A stretch of DNA of 39,408 bases, from the IMG/VR virus record IMGVR_UViG_3300030399_000045, positions 1 through 39,408 of that record, one strand, 5' to 3'. This stretch comes from a virus. Shown here piece by piece: positions 1-8,505 of the stretch. Position 1 is the first letter of the stretch, and every line of letters starts with the position of its first letter. A program made the position numbers and the translations under genes. Below the pieces are notes generated by a model. It was not told the origin of the DNA, made no database searches, and saw nothing but the letters and a program-made list of their open reading frames with translations.

Positions 1-127
1 CAAAGACAAAAAGCTAATGAGCTTCAGGGTAAGCAAAAAGAAAAAGCGTTTGAACTTGAGGGAAAGAAAAAGGAAGCTTTAGCTCCATTTGAAGCAGGGT
101 TGGAAACGATTGATCAAATGAGAAAGA
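1..127. repeat. Terminal direct repeat, copy 1 (identical to 39282..39408)
   Basis: Base-by-base comparison shows nt 1-127 equal nt 39282-39408. The repeat lies inside an ORF that stays in phase across the junction. Confidence 0.97.
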
Positions 128-513
128 TTGGAGAAAAAAACAATTTGGGACGAGGTTCAGGATTATGGGCAATGGCTGGAGGAGAAACAGCGCGAGATAA
201 GGAAGAATATGAAAGACTTGGGAAATCATTGATATCATTGTCCAGCAATATTCCTATTCGAAATAAATCTGAATTTGAAACATTGGCACATGATCTTTTT
301 GATTCTTCATTACCCGATCAGGCTAGAGAAGGTATTTTGAATGCTATGGAAAATATTATTAAACGTAATATGAGCCAATACCAAGAAGGCGAGCAGGAAG
401 ATAAAGGCGAAATGGATGTGGATATGGCCATTGTTATGAAAGATAAAAATGGAAATGTATTTGATATTCCTCCTCATCTATATGAGCAAGCTAAAGCACA
501 AGGTTTAATGTAA
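1..513 (+). CDS. 3' part of a 254-aa ORF spanning the circular junction; putative internal virion protein
   Basis: Frame 1 is open from nt 1 to the stop at 511-513. It continues the ORF starting at 39030 (39030..39408 plus 128..513 = 765 nt, in phase). The product is charged and coiled-coil-like. The function call rests only on its position between a Gly-rich protein and the 699-aa protein. Confidence 0.6.
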   Translation, partial: QRQKANELQGKQKEKAFELEGKKKEALAPFEAGLETIDQMRKIGEKNNLGRGSGLWAMAGGETARDKEEYERLGKSLISLSSNIPIRNKSEFETLAHDLFDSSLPDQAREGILNAMENIIKRNMSQYQEGEQEDKGEMDVDMAIVMKDKNGNVFDIPPHLYEQAKAQGLM

Positions 514-2612
514 TGAATAAAGAAATAGATTTTTCTCAATACATGCGTAAAGATACTCCACAACAGACTGAAAAAATAGATTTTTCTCAATACATGCGCG
601 AACCTGAAAAAAAGAAAGAGAAAAAATCGTTATTGGAAAAAGGCGGAAGAATTGCTTCTCAATTTGCTTTAGGAGCTGCCGAGAATACTTTGCTTCCTTA
701 TGAAATTGCTATAGCTCCTCAAAATTCAAAAGACGCTCAGAACATGGCTTATAGAGAAACCGTCGGTGAGGACATTGAAAGACTTCTTGAGCAAAAATCA
801 ATGGGTCAATGGGATGAGCAAGATCAGGGATTGCTGGAGCATTTACAAAAGCAGATACAAGATCCTTCCGAATCAGAAAAATTCGTTCAAACAGCAGATC
901 TTGGTGTTAGAGGAATTGCAGAAAAAGTAACAGGACTTGATTTACAACCAGAAGGTGTTTTGGAACATGCAGCTAACTGGGCTGGATTCATAAAAGATCC
1001 TTCAAAAATAGTAAAACTATTTGAGACAGGAGTAAAGTTACCAGAATTGATCAAGGCAATCGCTCCATCAGGAAAAGAGGCATTGAGAGGATTAGGTGCA
1101 GGAACTGCTCTTGCGATGGCAGAAGAAGGGGAATTTGGACCTATTGGAACAATGGCTGCCGTTATAGCTGGCGATATAATGGGTGGAGGAGTAGCAGGCG
1201 CAATTAAAGGCGGAAAAAATCTTATAACTAATCCTAAAAAAACATTGGCAGAAGTTTCTACCAAATTCACTCCAAAAAAGAAATTGGATATACAAAAACA
1301 GATAATCAAAGAATTCAATGAATCAGGTTTGCAAGCTGATTTGGGAACAATTACAGATAGCAATTTGCTTAGATGGATGCAATCAAGATTAGCGCAATCA
1401 GGACTTACTGGAAAAGCTCTAGAAGAATCTATGCAGAACCTCACAAAGCAGATTGAAGGAGAATATGGGAATATCGCCAGATCATTAGGTGAGTTAAAAC
1501 ATGCCACTACTCATGAAGCTGGTGAAGCGGTAAAAGAAGGGATTAAGAAGATACGCGAAACCGAATTACAAGCCACAAGAGAGCTATACGAAAACGCAAA
1601 CATGGCATTAAAAGAAAACTCCTATGTTCATCCAAAAAATCTGGCTAAATCAATCGAGAATATTGAAAAACAATTAAAACCAGGAAAAATAAAATCCACT
1701 CAGCAAAATGCTGTTTTGAATATCTTGGATAAACTTAAGGAAGATGTATACGATGTGCAGGGTAATTTTAAGATGGCGCATATCAAAGATCTAATGAATA
1801 ATAAAATCGCATTGAACGATATCATAAATTACGAAGTTCAAGGTGGAACTAAGCAACTCTTGAAAGGCATTGTTTCCGAACTTGATAGAGCTATTATTTC
1901 TCATGGAAAAGAAAATCCTCATTTCTCAAAAAACTATATCAATGCAAACAAAAAGTTTTCTGAACATGCAAAAACATTTAGAAACAAAAACATTGAACAA
2001 TTAATGAGATCTGATCCTGACAAAGTCATGGGAAAAATGAATTCGGTTCAGGGAATAAGAGATTTGAATAAAGTTTTAAGCAAAAGTAATGAGGGAAAAG
2101 AAATATTCAATAATCTAAAAAGATTAAAACTTGAGAAGACCGTAGGTGATAATCTTACAGATAGCGTGACTAAACAGGCAAAACTTGGCGGATTTTCAAA
2201 ACTTCTGGAAAAAGGAAAAAACAGGGAAGTTATAAAAGAAATATTAGGAAGTGATGGTTTCAAAAGGTTGGAACGGTTACAGAAAAATGCTGGGAAATTA
2301 GCTGAATCAGTCAATAAATTCTATAATGCTTCAAAATCAGGGTCAGTTGCTACCGATGCAGCTATTATTGGCAAAGGAATGATGGATTTTTCCCATTTAC
2401 TAATGGGAAATCCTTGGCCTCTTGCTAAAACAGCAGGAAGTATTTTAGCAGCCAGACAATTAAGCAGTCTTATAGCCAATCCAGAATTCCTTAAACTTAC
2501 AGAAGAAGCGATTCTTGCAGCCGAAAAAGGCACACAAAAAGAATTAATAGAATCATTTGAGAAATTAGGCCCATATATTATGCAGGCTATAAATTCGGCC
2601 CCCGAGAGTTGA
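513..2612 (+). CDS. Large virion-associated protein (putative internal/ejection protein)
   Basis: 699-aa ORF with a TAATG overlap on the upstream stop. It has a duplicated IDFSQYMR motif and a Gly/Ala-rich hydrophobic segment (GAGTALAMA...GGGVAGAIKGG). The rest is K/E-rich and helical. Function is inferred from T7-like synteny only. Confidence 0.6.
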   Translation: MNKEIDFSQYMRKDTPQQTEKIDFSQYMREPEKKKEKKSLLEKGGRIASQFALGAAENTLLPYEIAIAPQNSKDAQNMAYRETVGEDIERLLEQKSMGQWDEQDQGLLEHLQKQIQDPSESEKFVQTADLGVRGIAEKVTGLDLQPEGVLEHAANWAGFIKDPSKIVKLFETGVKLPELIKAIAPSGKEALRGLGAGTALAMAEEGEFGPIGTMAAVIAGDIMGGGVAGAIKGGKNLITNPKKTLAEVSTKFTPKKKLDIQKQIIKEFNESGLQADLGTITDSNLLRWMQSRLAQSGLTGKALEESMQNLTKQIEGEYGNIARSLGELKHATTHEAGEAVKEGIKKIRETELQATRELYENANMALKENSYVHPKNLAKSIENIEKQLKPGKIKSTQQNAVLNILDKLKEDVYDVQGNFKMAHIKDLMNNKIALNDIINYEVQGGTKQLLKGIVSELDRAIISHGKENPHFSKNYINANKKFSEHAKTFRNKNIEQLMRSDPDKVMGKMNSVQGIRDLNKVLSKSNEGKEIFNNLKRLKLEKTVGDNLTDSVTKQAKLGGFSKLLEKGKNREVIKEILGSDGFKRLERLQKNAGKLAESVNKFYNASKSGSVATDAAIIGKGMMDFSHLLMGNPWPLAKTAGSILAARQLSSLIANPEFLKLTEEAILAAEKGTQKELIESFEKLGPYIMQAINSAPES
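523..598 (+). repeat. Perfect 25-bp direct repeat (523-547 and 574-598), in frame, period 51 nt
   Basis: aaatagatttttctcaatacatgcg occurs twice. It encodes IDFSQYMR twice in the 699-aa protein. Confidence 0.9.
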
Positions 2613-2665
2613 CAGTATCAAAGTAAAGAGCTATTGCAAAAATCATTAACCAGTACATAATTCAC

Positions 2666-2866
2666 CTATTTGTTTTTGTTTCTTTCTTCAATCGCACAGA
2701 GTCTTCCATGAAAATCTTTCATTTCTTCTTTTATGGAATCTATCGTTTGATGCATGGCATCGATTTTCTTATCAGTATGCAGCCATAAAGTAACGGTCGT
2801 TCCAAACATCACCAAAATCAACGCTATATTCGATCCAATGATTATTAAAACCTGATCCCAATTCAT
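2666..2866 (-). CDS. Small single-pass membrane protein (holin/lysis-accessory candidate)
   Basis: An internal ATG at 2866 is preceded by AGGAGAA. The 66-aa product is MNWDQVLIIIGSNIALILVMFGTTVTLWL followed by a charged coiled tail. It is a lone minus-strand gene inside the plus-strand structural block. Confidence 0.6.
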   Translation of the reverse strand: MNWDQVLIIIGSNIALILVMFGTTVTLWLHTDKKIDAMHQTIDSIKEEMKDFHGRLCAIEERNKNK

Positions 2867-3018
2867 GATTTTCTCCTGTTTCCATTCACTATATCTAAAT
2901 TCACATATCCGGGTAAGTCCGAAAGAAATCTTCAAAATCACATCCCTCATAAGATAAATGGGATATGACTCAGATTTAATTAAATTTTACTGTTTTTTAA
3001 TGCTAGCAAGATTTAGAT

Positions 3019-3260
3019 TTGGTAAACAGTGGTACAGCACCAGCAGGCGCAGTAGTTCCTTTGGCGAATGATGTATTTACTTATGTTCAAAGCGTTGTAT
3101 TGGCCGGCGCTAACATCGCTCAAACTGGTGTGACAGGGATCACGAAGTTGGTACGATTGTTAACGGAACATCATTTGTCATTAATGCATGGTTAACAACC
3201 AATGCAACTTCTCTTGCGACAACGGATGTTTCAGTTATTGGCTACATGATTGTTAACTAA
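3019..3260 (+). pseudogene. Frameshifted beta-rich ORF remnant with no canonical start
   Basis: Frame A (3019..3195) reads LVNSGTAPAGAVVPLANDVFTYVQSVVLAGANIAQTGVTGI. Frame B (3114..3260) reads EVGTIVNGTSFVINAWLTTNATSLATTDVSVIGYMIVN*. Together they read as one protein only with a -1 shift. There is no ATG or RBS, and the region is GC-richer than its flanks. Confidence 0.35.
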
Positions 3261-3277
3261 TTAAATTAAGGATAAAG

Positions 3278-3502
3278 ATGTTAAAGAATATTACATCACT
3301 GACGCATATAGTAGAAGGCAGAGCATACAATTTTCTATGTGATATAGATTCACCATTGAATCATGTCAAGGAAGCGCTTTTCCAGTTTCAGAAATACATT
3401 GGTCAGATTGAGGACTACGTAAAAGAGCAACAGGCATCTGCGGAAGCTCCTGCGGTAGATGAACCCCCTAAAGAGGCAACGGCATGTACACCACAAGAGT
3501 AA
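3278..3502 (+). CDS. Hypothetical protein
   Basis: 74-aa ORF with RBS AAGGATAAAG before the ATG. Confidence 0.6.
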   Translation: MLKNITSLTHIVEGRAYNFLCDIDSPLNHVKEALFQFQKYIGQIEDYVKEQQASAEAPAVDEPPKEATACTPQE

Positions 3503-3810
3503 CTTGGGAACCATTACGAAGTATAGATTCTGCTTTATTAACGGGTGTAATTTTTCATTCATTGGGAACGCCTTTAGCGTTCCCTTCCTATAAATGTAAA
3601 ATGGTTAATAATTCTAATGTTTTGGTACTTGTTTCCATTGATGGAGTTACTGCAATTGATGTATGCCCACCCAATTCATTTTGGCTTTATGATGAAGCAA
3701 TAACCAAACCTTATGAAGCTCTTCCGGCAAATACACAAATATTTGTAAAGGCGGCAACTCCTGGAACAGGATTAATTTATTTGGTTACGCAATATATTAT
3801 ACAAGGATAA
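3484..3810 (+). CDS. Hypothetical protein (probably virion-associated)
   Basis: 108-aa ORF immediately upstream of the fibre genes. It overlaps the previous gene by 19 nt. Confidence 0.55.
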   Translation: MYTTRVTWEPLRSIDSALLTGVIFHSLGTPLAFPSYKCKMVNNSNVLVLVSIDGVTAIDVCPPNSFWLYDEAITKPYEALPANTQIFVKAATPGTGLIYLVTQYIIQG

Positions 3811-3812
3811 CT

Positions 3813-4322
3813 ATGTCACAGGCAGGCATTATTAATATTGCTGGTGGAGGTGGTGGAGGCAGTCCAGTTCAGACTTTAACCGGCAATATCGGTCCAGCAG
3901 TACCGCCAACAGGCAATAATATTAATGTAATAGGCGGCACAGGGGTGAGTGTTTCTGGAAATGCAGGAACAAGCACCCTGACGATAAATGTAGCTAGCGA
4001 AGGGTTTACGTGGTCTGAAGAAAGTACAAGTTTTGCAGCAGCTGTTCAGAATGGTTATTTCTGTAATGCCAGTTTAACCGCAACTCTTCCCCCTACAGCT
4101 GGACTGACTATAGGAAATACTGTAATCATCTATGCTGATACAACAGGAACGGTTACGATATTAGCCCAGTCTGACCAAAAGATACAGGTTGGAAATGACA
4201 TTTCTGGTGACGGCGGAACTTCAGTTAGCAATACTCAAGGGAGTATTTTAGAGCTTATTTTTAAACCATCAGATTTAACCTGGCATACCCAAAGCTCGAT
4301 CGGATCGTGGGCGACTGTATAA
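3813..4322 (+). CDS. Tail fibre-like protein, short
   Basis: 169 aa with a Gly run (IAGGGGGGSPVQTLTGNIG). The VQTLTGN N-terminal module is shared with the next gene. The rest is beta-rich. RBS is AAGGA. Confidence 0.6.
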   Translation: MSQAGIINIAGGGGGGSPVQTLTGNIGPAVPPTGNNINVIGGTGVSVSGNAGTSTLTINVASEGFTWSEESTSFAAAVQNGYFCNASLTATLPPTAGLTIGNTVIIYADTTGTVTILAQSDQKIQVGNDISGDGGTSVSNTQGSILELIFKPSDLTWHTQSSIGSWATV

Positions 4323-4347
4323 AACGAAATAAACTAAGGAAACCTTT

Positions 4348-5895
4348 ATGGGCGCATCGAATGCATTGAATATCTCGCAACAGGGAGTGGTCTACTTTAA
4401 CGGGGTGAATTTATTTACCGGCGCGGATGGCATTTCGACGGGTTACGTGCTCACATCGAACGGTCCTGGTGTTATGCCATCCTTTCAATCTGTGAGTGCT
4501 TCAGGTGCGGTACAAACGTTAACTGGTAATTCTGGAGTAGCAACAGCCAGTTTGGGTAATATTAATGTCGTTACTTCCAATTCCACAGTCAAATTTGTAG
4601 GCGGTTCTTCCACCGTAACTCAAAATTTTGGAATAACAAATCTGATATTGGGATCTTCAGGATCTGCTATTTCCTCTGGTATTGTTAATGTTGGACTTGG
4701 TGAGAATGCTTTACTTAATTTGACAAGCGGATCTGGAAATACTGCAATTGGTTTTAGTAGTTTAAAGGCTCTGACAACCTCAACCAATACAACGGCGTTA
4801 GGTTATAACTCAGGATTATCTTTGACTAGTGGTCAAACAGCAAATACGCTGATTGGCGGATCAGCCGGCACTTTGCTTGTATCAGGTAGCAATAATACGG
4901 CTGTTGGAAATAACGCATTATCAAATGATGTCAGTTCTTCGAATAATACAGCAATAGGATCAGCATCACTTCAGGGTACTACTGGCGGAAATAATACAGC
5001 CATAGGTGTAGGCGCTGCAAATAGCATGATCGGAGGATCAAGCAATACAATTTTAGGTTACTCTTCTGCAAGCAATTATGAGGGTTCCGAATCAAGTAAT
5101 GTCATCATCGCAAATGCAGGTATACTCTCTGAATCAAATGCGTTAAGAATAGGAACGCAAGGAACAGGAGCTGGACAGCAGAATATTTGTTATATCGCAG
5201 GCATAACAGGAGCCACACCAGCAACCGGGAATACTCCGCAAGTAGTGCTTTGCGATAACATTGGAAATTTAGCCCCTATTAGCTCCAATACGGCTGGATA
5301 TGTTTTAACCAGCAATGGAACAGCGACACCAACGTTTCAGGCATCAACAGGGAATGTAGCAGGGCCAGGAACCAGTACGAGTCGGGCAATAGCTACGTGG
5401 AACGGTACGACGGGAATGGCATTATTTAACAATGCATCTGCCCAGATCAGTTCAGCAGGTGTAATGACCAACACAGCGCAACCTTGCTTTCTTGCAATTT
5501 CTCCCGGTGCTTCTGCGGTGACGGGTGATGGCACAGTCTATCAGGTTAATTTCAACGCTGCGACATTTGATCAAGCATCTAATTTCACATCAGGAGCGAG
5601 TTCGTTATTCACAGCTCCTGCAACAGGAAAATACTCTTTTACAGCAAACATAACATGGGGTCAGGGAATCGCAGCATTAGTAACCAGCTCGCTTTCATTA
5701 GTCGCTACTTCGATAACCATATCTAATTTAGAGCAATATCCTACTGTTTTTATAGGGTTTACGATTAGTCAGGCTATTAATTCAGTTATTTCTATGACAG
5801 CAGGAGATACATGTTATGTGACATGGCAAGTAAGTGGAGGCACAAAAATAGAATCATTGAGCTCGGGAAATTTTTCTGGTTATCAAATTTGTTAA
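4348..5895 (+). CDS. Tail fibre with NTA(I/V)G repeats and a C1q/TNF-like C-terminal head
   Basis: 515 aa. The N-terminus carries VQTLTGNSG and the middle has repeated GxxNTAIG/NTAVG/NTALG units. The C-terminus (PCFLA...GDGTVYQVNFNAATFDQ...FTAPATGKYSF...GDTCYV) looks like a C1q-type jelly roll. Confidence 0.7.
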   Translation: MGASNALNISQQGVVYFNGVNLFTGADGISTGYVLTSNGPGVMPSFQSVSASGAVQTLTGNSGVATASLGNINVVTSNSTVKFVGGSSTVTQNFGITNLILGSSGSAISSGIVNVGLGENALLNLTSGSGNTAIGFSSLKALTTSTNTTALGYNSGLSLTSGQTANTLIGGSAGTLLVSGSNNTAVGNNALSNDVSSSNNTAIGSASLQGTTGGNNTAIGVGAANSMIGGSSNTILGYSSASNYEGSESSNVIIANAGILSESNALRIGTQGTGAGQQNICYIAGITGATPATGNTPQVVLCDNIGNLAPISSNTAGYVLTSNGTATPTFQASTGNVAGPGTSTSRAIATWNGTTGMALFNNASAQISSAGVMTNTAQPCFLAISPGASAVTGDGTVYQVNFNAATFDQASNFTSGASSLFTAPATGKYSFTANITWGQGIAALVTSSLSLVATSITISNLEQYPTVFIGFTISQAINSVISMTAGDTCYVTWQVSGGTKIESLSSGNFSGYQIC

Positions 5896-5998
5896 AAGGG
5901 GGTTTATTATCGCGCTCATAGCAACAACGACACTTGACATCGTAGGTCAAACTCAAACGATCACTTTTTCTGAAGGAAGCACACAAGTCGATCAGATA

Positions 5999-6373
5999 GT
6001 GTATTCGAATAACCAGATTACTTTTGAGAACATCGCGGGCTATACTTTATCGAAATCCGATTTTGCACTATGGTTTCAATATCTTTTGGCTTACTCGCTT
6101 CTGTTAACGAAAAACTTTCCCATCACAAACATAAGTATTGGTTTGACCTTTCCTCTTTGTGAGTTTCAGACGACGATTACAAACCAGGGGACGAAAAGCC
6201 TTGGCTATCTACAACAGACAAGTGGCACGGATGTATTGAAAATCACATATCTGCCAATAGCAACATCAGCGGCTTTTGAAGTACGCGCCTCACCAATGAC
6301 GATATCTATGCAGGAATTCTTTATGACGATGCTGATTTTGCCACAATACGCGAATCAGGTAGCATTAAGCTGA
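5999..6373 (+). CDS. Hypothetical protein; the start is probably further upstream (see findings)
   Basis: GTG-started ORF. The same frame is open and protein-like back to 5897, behind the RBS AAAGGGGG, but has no canonical start there. Confidence 0.5.
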   Translation: MYSNNQITFENIAGYTLSKSDFALWFQYLLAYSLLLTKNFPITNISIGLTFPLCEFQTTITNQGTKSLGYLQQTSGTDVLKITYLPIATSAAFEVRASPMTISMQEFFMTMLILPQYANQVALS

Positions 6374-6595
6374 CCTAACAAAGGGTTCCTGTTGAATAAG
6401 CGCAGCTTTAAGATATTCTATGTCACGTTTAATCTGTTCATGTTCTTCTTGCTGCTCGTAATAAAGCTTAGCCAGGTCATTGTGGCGAGCGAACAGACCC
6501 CGACGGATATTGCCCAATCCTTTTTCAACCAGATCTATATGTGTTTTTAACCGGTCCACCTCCGTATCTGCAAACATATCAATTTGTATGTCCAT
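6365..6595 (-). CDS. Hypothetical coiled-coil protein
   Basis: 76-aa ORF, the last gene of the leftward operon. Confidence 0.55.
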   Translation of the reverse strand: MDIQIDMFADTEVDRLKTHIDLVEKGLGNIRRGLFARHNDLAKLYYEQQEEHEQIKRDIEYLKAALIQQEPFVRSA

Positions 6596-6722
6596 TTAAA
6601 GCCTCAAATAATATTTCGAACAATTTTTCTTCTGTAAAATTCAACCAAATTTGATCAAAAATAAATGTAATTTTTCGTTCACCAGCTTTATCTAAGTGAA
6701 TAAATAAATCTAATTCACTCAT
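6579..6722 (-). CDS. Hypothetical small protein (47 aa)
   Basis: Not in the ORF track because it is under 60 aa. It starts with an ATGA overlap on the stop of the 6719..6904 gene and fills the gap between the flanking genes: MSELDLFIHLDKAGERKITFIFDQIWLNFTEEKLFEILFEALNGHTN. Confidence 0.4.
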   Translation of the reverse strand: MSELDLFIHLDKAGERKITFIFDQIWLNFTEEKLFEILFEALNGHTN

Positions 6723-6904
6723 TCAAAACCCTCGTGATAATTTACCATATACTTTAATTCAGTTAGAGCATCCGCATGTCCTTTGTAATAGATCCATTGA
6801 GGAGTATTTTCCTCGCTATTATACATAATTTGATAGTCTTGATATATAGCCGAATTAAGGTAGGTCTCAAGCCATTTTTGGTTATCTAATTTGCATTCAA
6901 TCAT
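6719..6904 (-). CDS. Hypothetical protein
   Basis: 61-aa ORF with RBS AAGAGG, preceded by a promoter-like element. Confidence 0.55.
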   Translation of the reverse strand: MIECKLDNQKWLETYLNSAIYQDYQIMYNSEENTPQWIYYKGHADALTELKYMVNYHEGFE

Positions 6905-6922
6905 AATTGCCTCTTTGAAACC

Positions 6923-6951
6923 ATTATATGAAATTAGATATTTGTTGGGAA
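6923..6951 (-). promoter_or_regulatory. Sigma70-like promoter (TTCCCA-N17-TATAAT on the minus strand)
   Basis: Reverse complement of 6946-6951 is TTCCCA and of 6923-6928 is TATAAT, spaced 17 nt. It lies upstream of the 6904 start. Confidence 0.45.
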
Positions 6952-6989
6952 GAAAAAAAGCCGTTTTTTTTAGCTAAAAGGTAAACGGC
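6952..6989 (-). terminator. Intrinsic terminator-like hairpin (minus strand)
   Basis: GCCGTTT (6960-6966) pairs with AAACGGC (6983-6989), with an internal palindrome TTTTAGCTAAAA. On the minus strand a T7 run follows. Confidence 0.5.
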
Positions 6990-7138
6990 AACCTACTTGC
7001 TATTTTAAGGTGAGCAAGTGAAACAACCTTCTTTATTAATGACCTTCAAAGAATAACTGGTGGCAATACCCCGGGGATTGCGCTCATGCAGTGCGTTGCA
7101 AGCGAACAATTTTAGGGTCTTAGTCTTGACTGATTCAA

Positions 7139-7369
7139 TCATACAAAATTCCTGCCCATTTTAAAAGTACTATCGGCATAAGGGATGATTTGATCTTTAG
7201 CAACCCAGCACTCTCGCGAATGGACTGCCAAGAACTTGTTCCCGTCATGATCACGGATCCAAAGATCCATGTCCCAGGCGAAACTGGGAGGACTATTTTG
7301 ATGCCATACCATCACATGATTGAATTTCGTGCTGATATTAAACTCCTCCCAGTAGTTTTTAGTTGCCAT
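7139..7369 (-). CDS. Hypothetical protein
   Basis: I prefer the internal start MATKNYWEEF at 7369, because the longer version would overlap most of the upstream gene. Confidence 0.5.
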   Translation of the reverse strand: MATKNYWEEFNISTKFNHVMVWHQNSPPSFAWDMDLWIRDHDGNKFLAVHSRECWVAKDQIIPYADSTFKMGRNFV

Positions 7370-7622
7370 ACTTGTCATACTGGCAGGCTCCGCAATAGCG
7401 TGCAGCATCATTATTTCTATAGTCACACTTCGGACAAGTCCATTGTTCTTTCCTGTCGAATACACCGATATCCGCACTTCTAAAAAGCTCGTTAGGTTGT
7501 ATTGCTCCCAAAAATAAAGAGCCGGTTGCTAAAAATACATAGGCCAAAGCTTTGATCATAATTTGTGTGTCCGTTTGTTTAGTTTTCTTAAATAAGTCCT
7601 TAAATTCATCATTTGGGTTCAT
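7359..7622 (-). CDS. Membrane-anchored zinc-ribbon protein
   Basis: 87 aa with a hydrophobic segment (IKALAYVFLATGSLFLGAI) followed by CPKC...CGAC. Confidence 0.55.
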   Translation of the reverse strand: MNPNDEFKDLFKKTKQTDTQIMIKALAYVFLATGSLFLGAIQPNELFRSADIGVFDRKEQWTCPKCDYRNNDAARYCGACQYDKYGN

Positions 7623-8505
7623 GATAATTCTCCGTATCTAAAATTCCATCTATGGAAATTTTCCAATATTCTGTACCTTTCTTGCGGTATGCTTCAAGAT
7701 CAACTCCCGCAAGTTCGGGTATCTTGTCATAGCTGATGGCTCCCTTTCTTTTAACAATCTGGCACTTGACGCCTGCGCCTTTGCATCGTTCATTTTGAAC
7801 AAACTTAAGCAATTCGTCTCGGGCATAATCTTCAAGAATTTGCGCGTCAGTAAGATTGTTTTTTGCATATATCCATCGTTCGGTTGCTTTTTTCCATTCA
7901 TTGCTATTAATTAGTACATAATCCTTTTCGGTTAGTTCTGGGGGCACTTCTTGAAGAATATGATAATCCCAAAACTTCCTGGCCAAAGGAATATATATAT
8001 CCAAAAAAGCTTGATCTCTTTTTACCAAAATAGGCCTACACTTATGTCCCGGGTAATAGCTCCCGAAATACATCTGATCCAGATCATACACACGCATTTG
8101 ATGCTGCATTTGAGATATATAAAAATCAGGTATATCTCCGTTTTCAGTAAAGAATACGTGTTTATCAAGCCCCAGACATTTAATTTCAATGGCTATTTTT
8201 CTATCGAGATCAATGCCATCCAGGGAAGCCATAAGAAAGGGAAATTCGTCAGACACTTTGACATCATCGAAAAACACGATGCCCATTTCGTTACCGAAAT
8301 ACTCCCTTGCTTCCTCTTCCAGGTTTTTTCCGCGACGCATGGCGTAATTTTCTTTCTCTGCTTCTGCATACCCCAGTTTTTCACACCAAAGTTCATACGG
8401 TGTTTTCCACGGGGATATTCCTAAAATTACGGCAGCATCGGAAGCGCCGATATGGCGCCTCCTTAGTTCATGCCACTCTGGCGATCCCTGTTCAACCCTG
8501 GCCAT
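7609..8505 (-). CDS. YqaJ-type (lambda Exo-like) recombination exonuclease
   Basis: MARVEQGSPEWHELRRRHIGASDAAVILGISPWKTPYELW is the typical YqaJ N-terminus. The start at 8505 follows GAGAGG. The gene is adjacent to the ERF gene. Confidence 0.8.
   Translation of the reverse strand: MARVEQGSPEWHELRRRHIGASDAAVILGISPWKTPYELWCEKLGYAEAEKENYAMRRGKNLEEEAREYFGNEMGIVFFDDVKVSDEFPFLMASLDGIDLDRKIAIEIKCLGLDKHVFFTENGDIPDFYISQMQHQMRVYDLDQMYFGSYYPGHKCRPILVKRDQAFLDIYIPLARKFWDYHILQEVPPELTEKDYVLINSNEWKKATERWIYAKNNLTDAQILEDYARDELLKFVQNERCKGAGVKCQIVKRKGAISYDKIPELAGVDLEAYRKKGTEYWKISIDGILDTENYHEPK

Noticed and set aside
1-127. The 127-bp end repeat as genuine T7-style direct terminal repeats.
   Set aside because: The repeat is inside a coding sequence that reads in phase across the junction. 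Its length equals a common maximal assembler k-mer, so an assembly overlap of a circular or permuted genome is the simpler explanation. This cannot be excluded without reads.
887-1507. Long antisense ORFs: 887..1507, 11254..11703, 14550..14891, 14947..15348, 23267..23677, 24049..24588 and 35537..35827.
   Set aside because: Each lies entirely opposite a better-supported gene or across terminators. They lack RBSs and have low-complexity or Cys/Phe/Ser-rich composition typical of shadow ORFs.
3114-3195. Programmed -1 ribosomal frameshifting to fuse the two frames of the 3019..3260 remnant.
   Set aside because: There is no slippery heptamer or downstream structure in the overlap, and no start codon or RBS for the upstream frame. 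Decay is more parsimonious.
6990-7138. A tRNA or small RNA gene in the GC-richer gap downstream of gene 7139 (hairpin GCAATACCCCGGGGATTGC). The gaps at 20830-20970 and 27518-27675 were considered in the same way.
   Set aside because: No cloverleaf could be drawn: there is no acceptor/T-arm pairing and no GTTCRA-type T-loop. These gaps look like 3' UTR, terminator or leader structure only.
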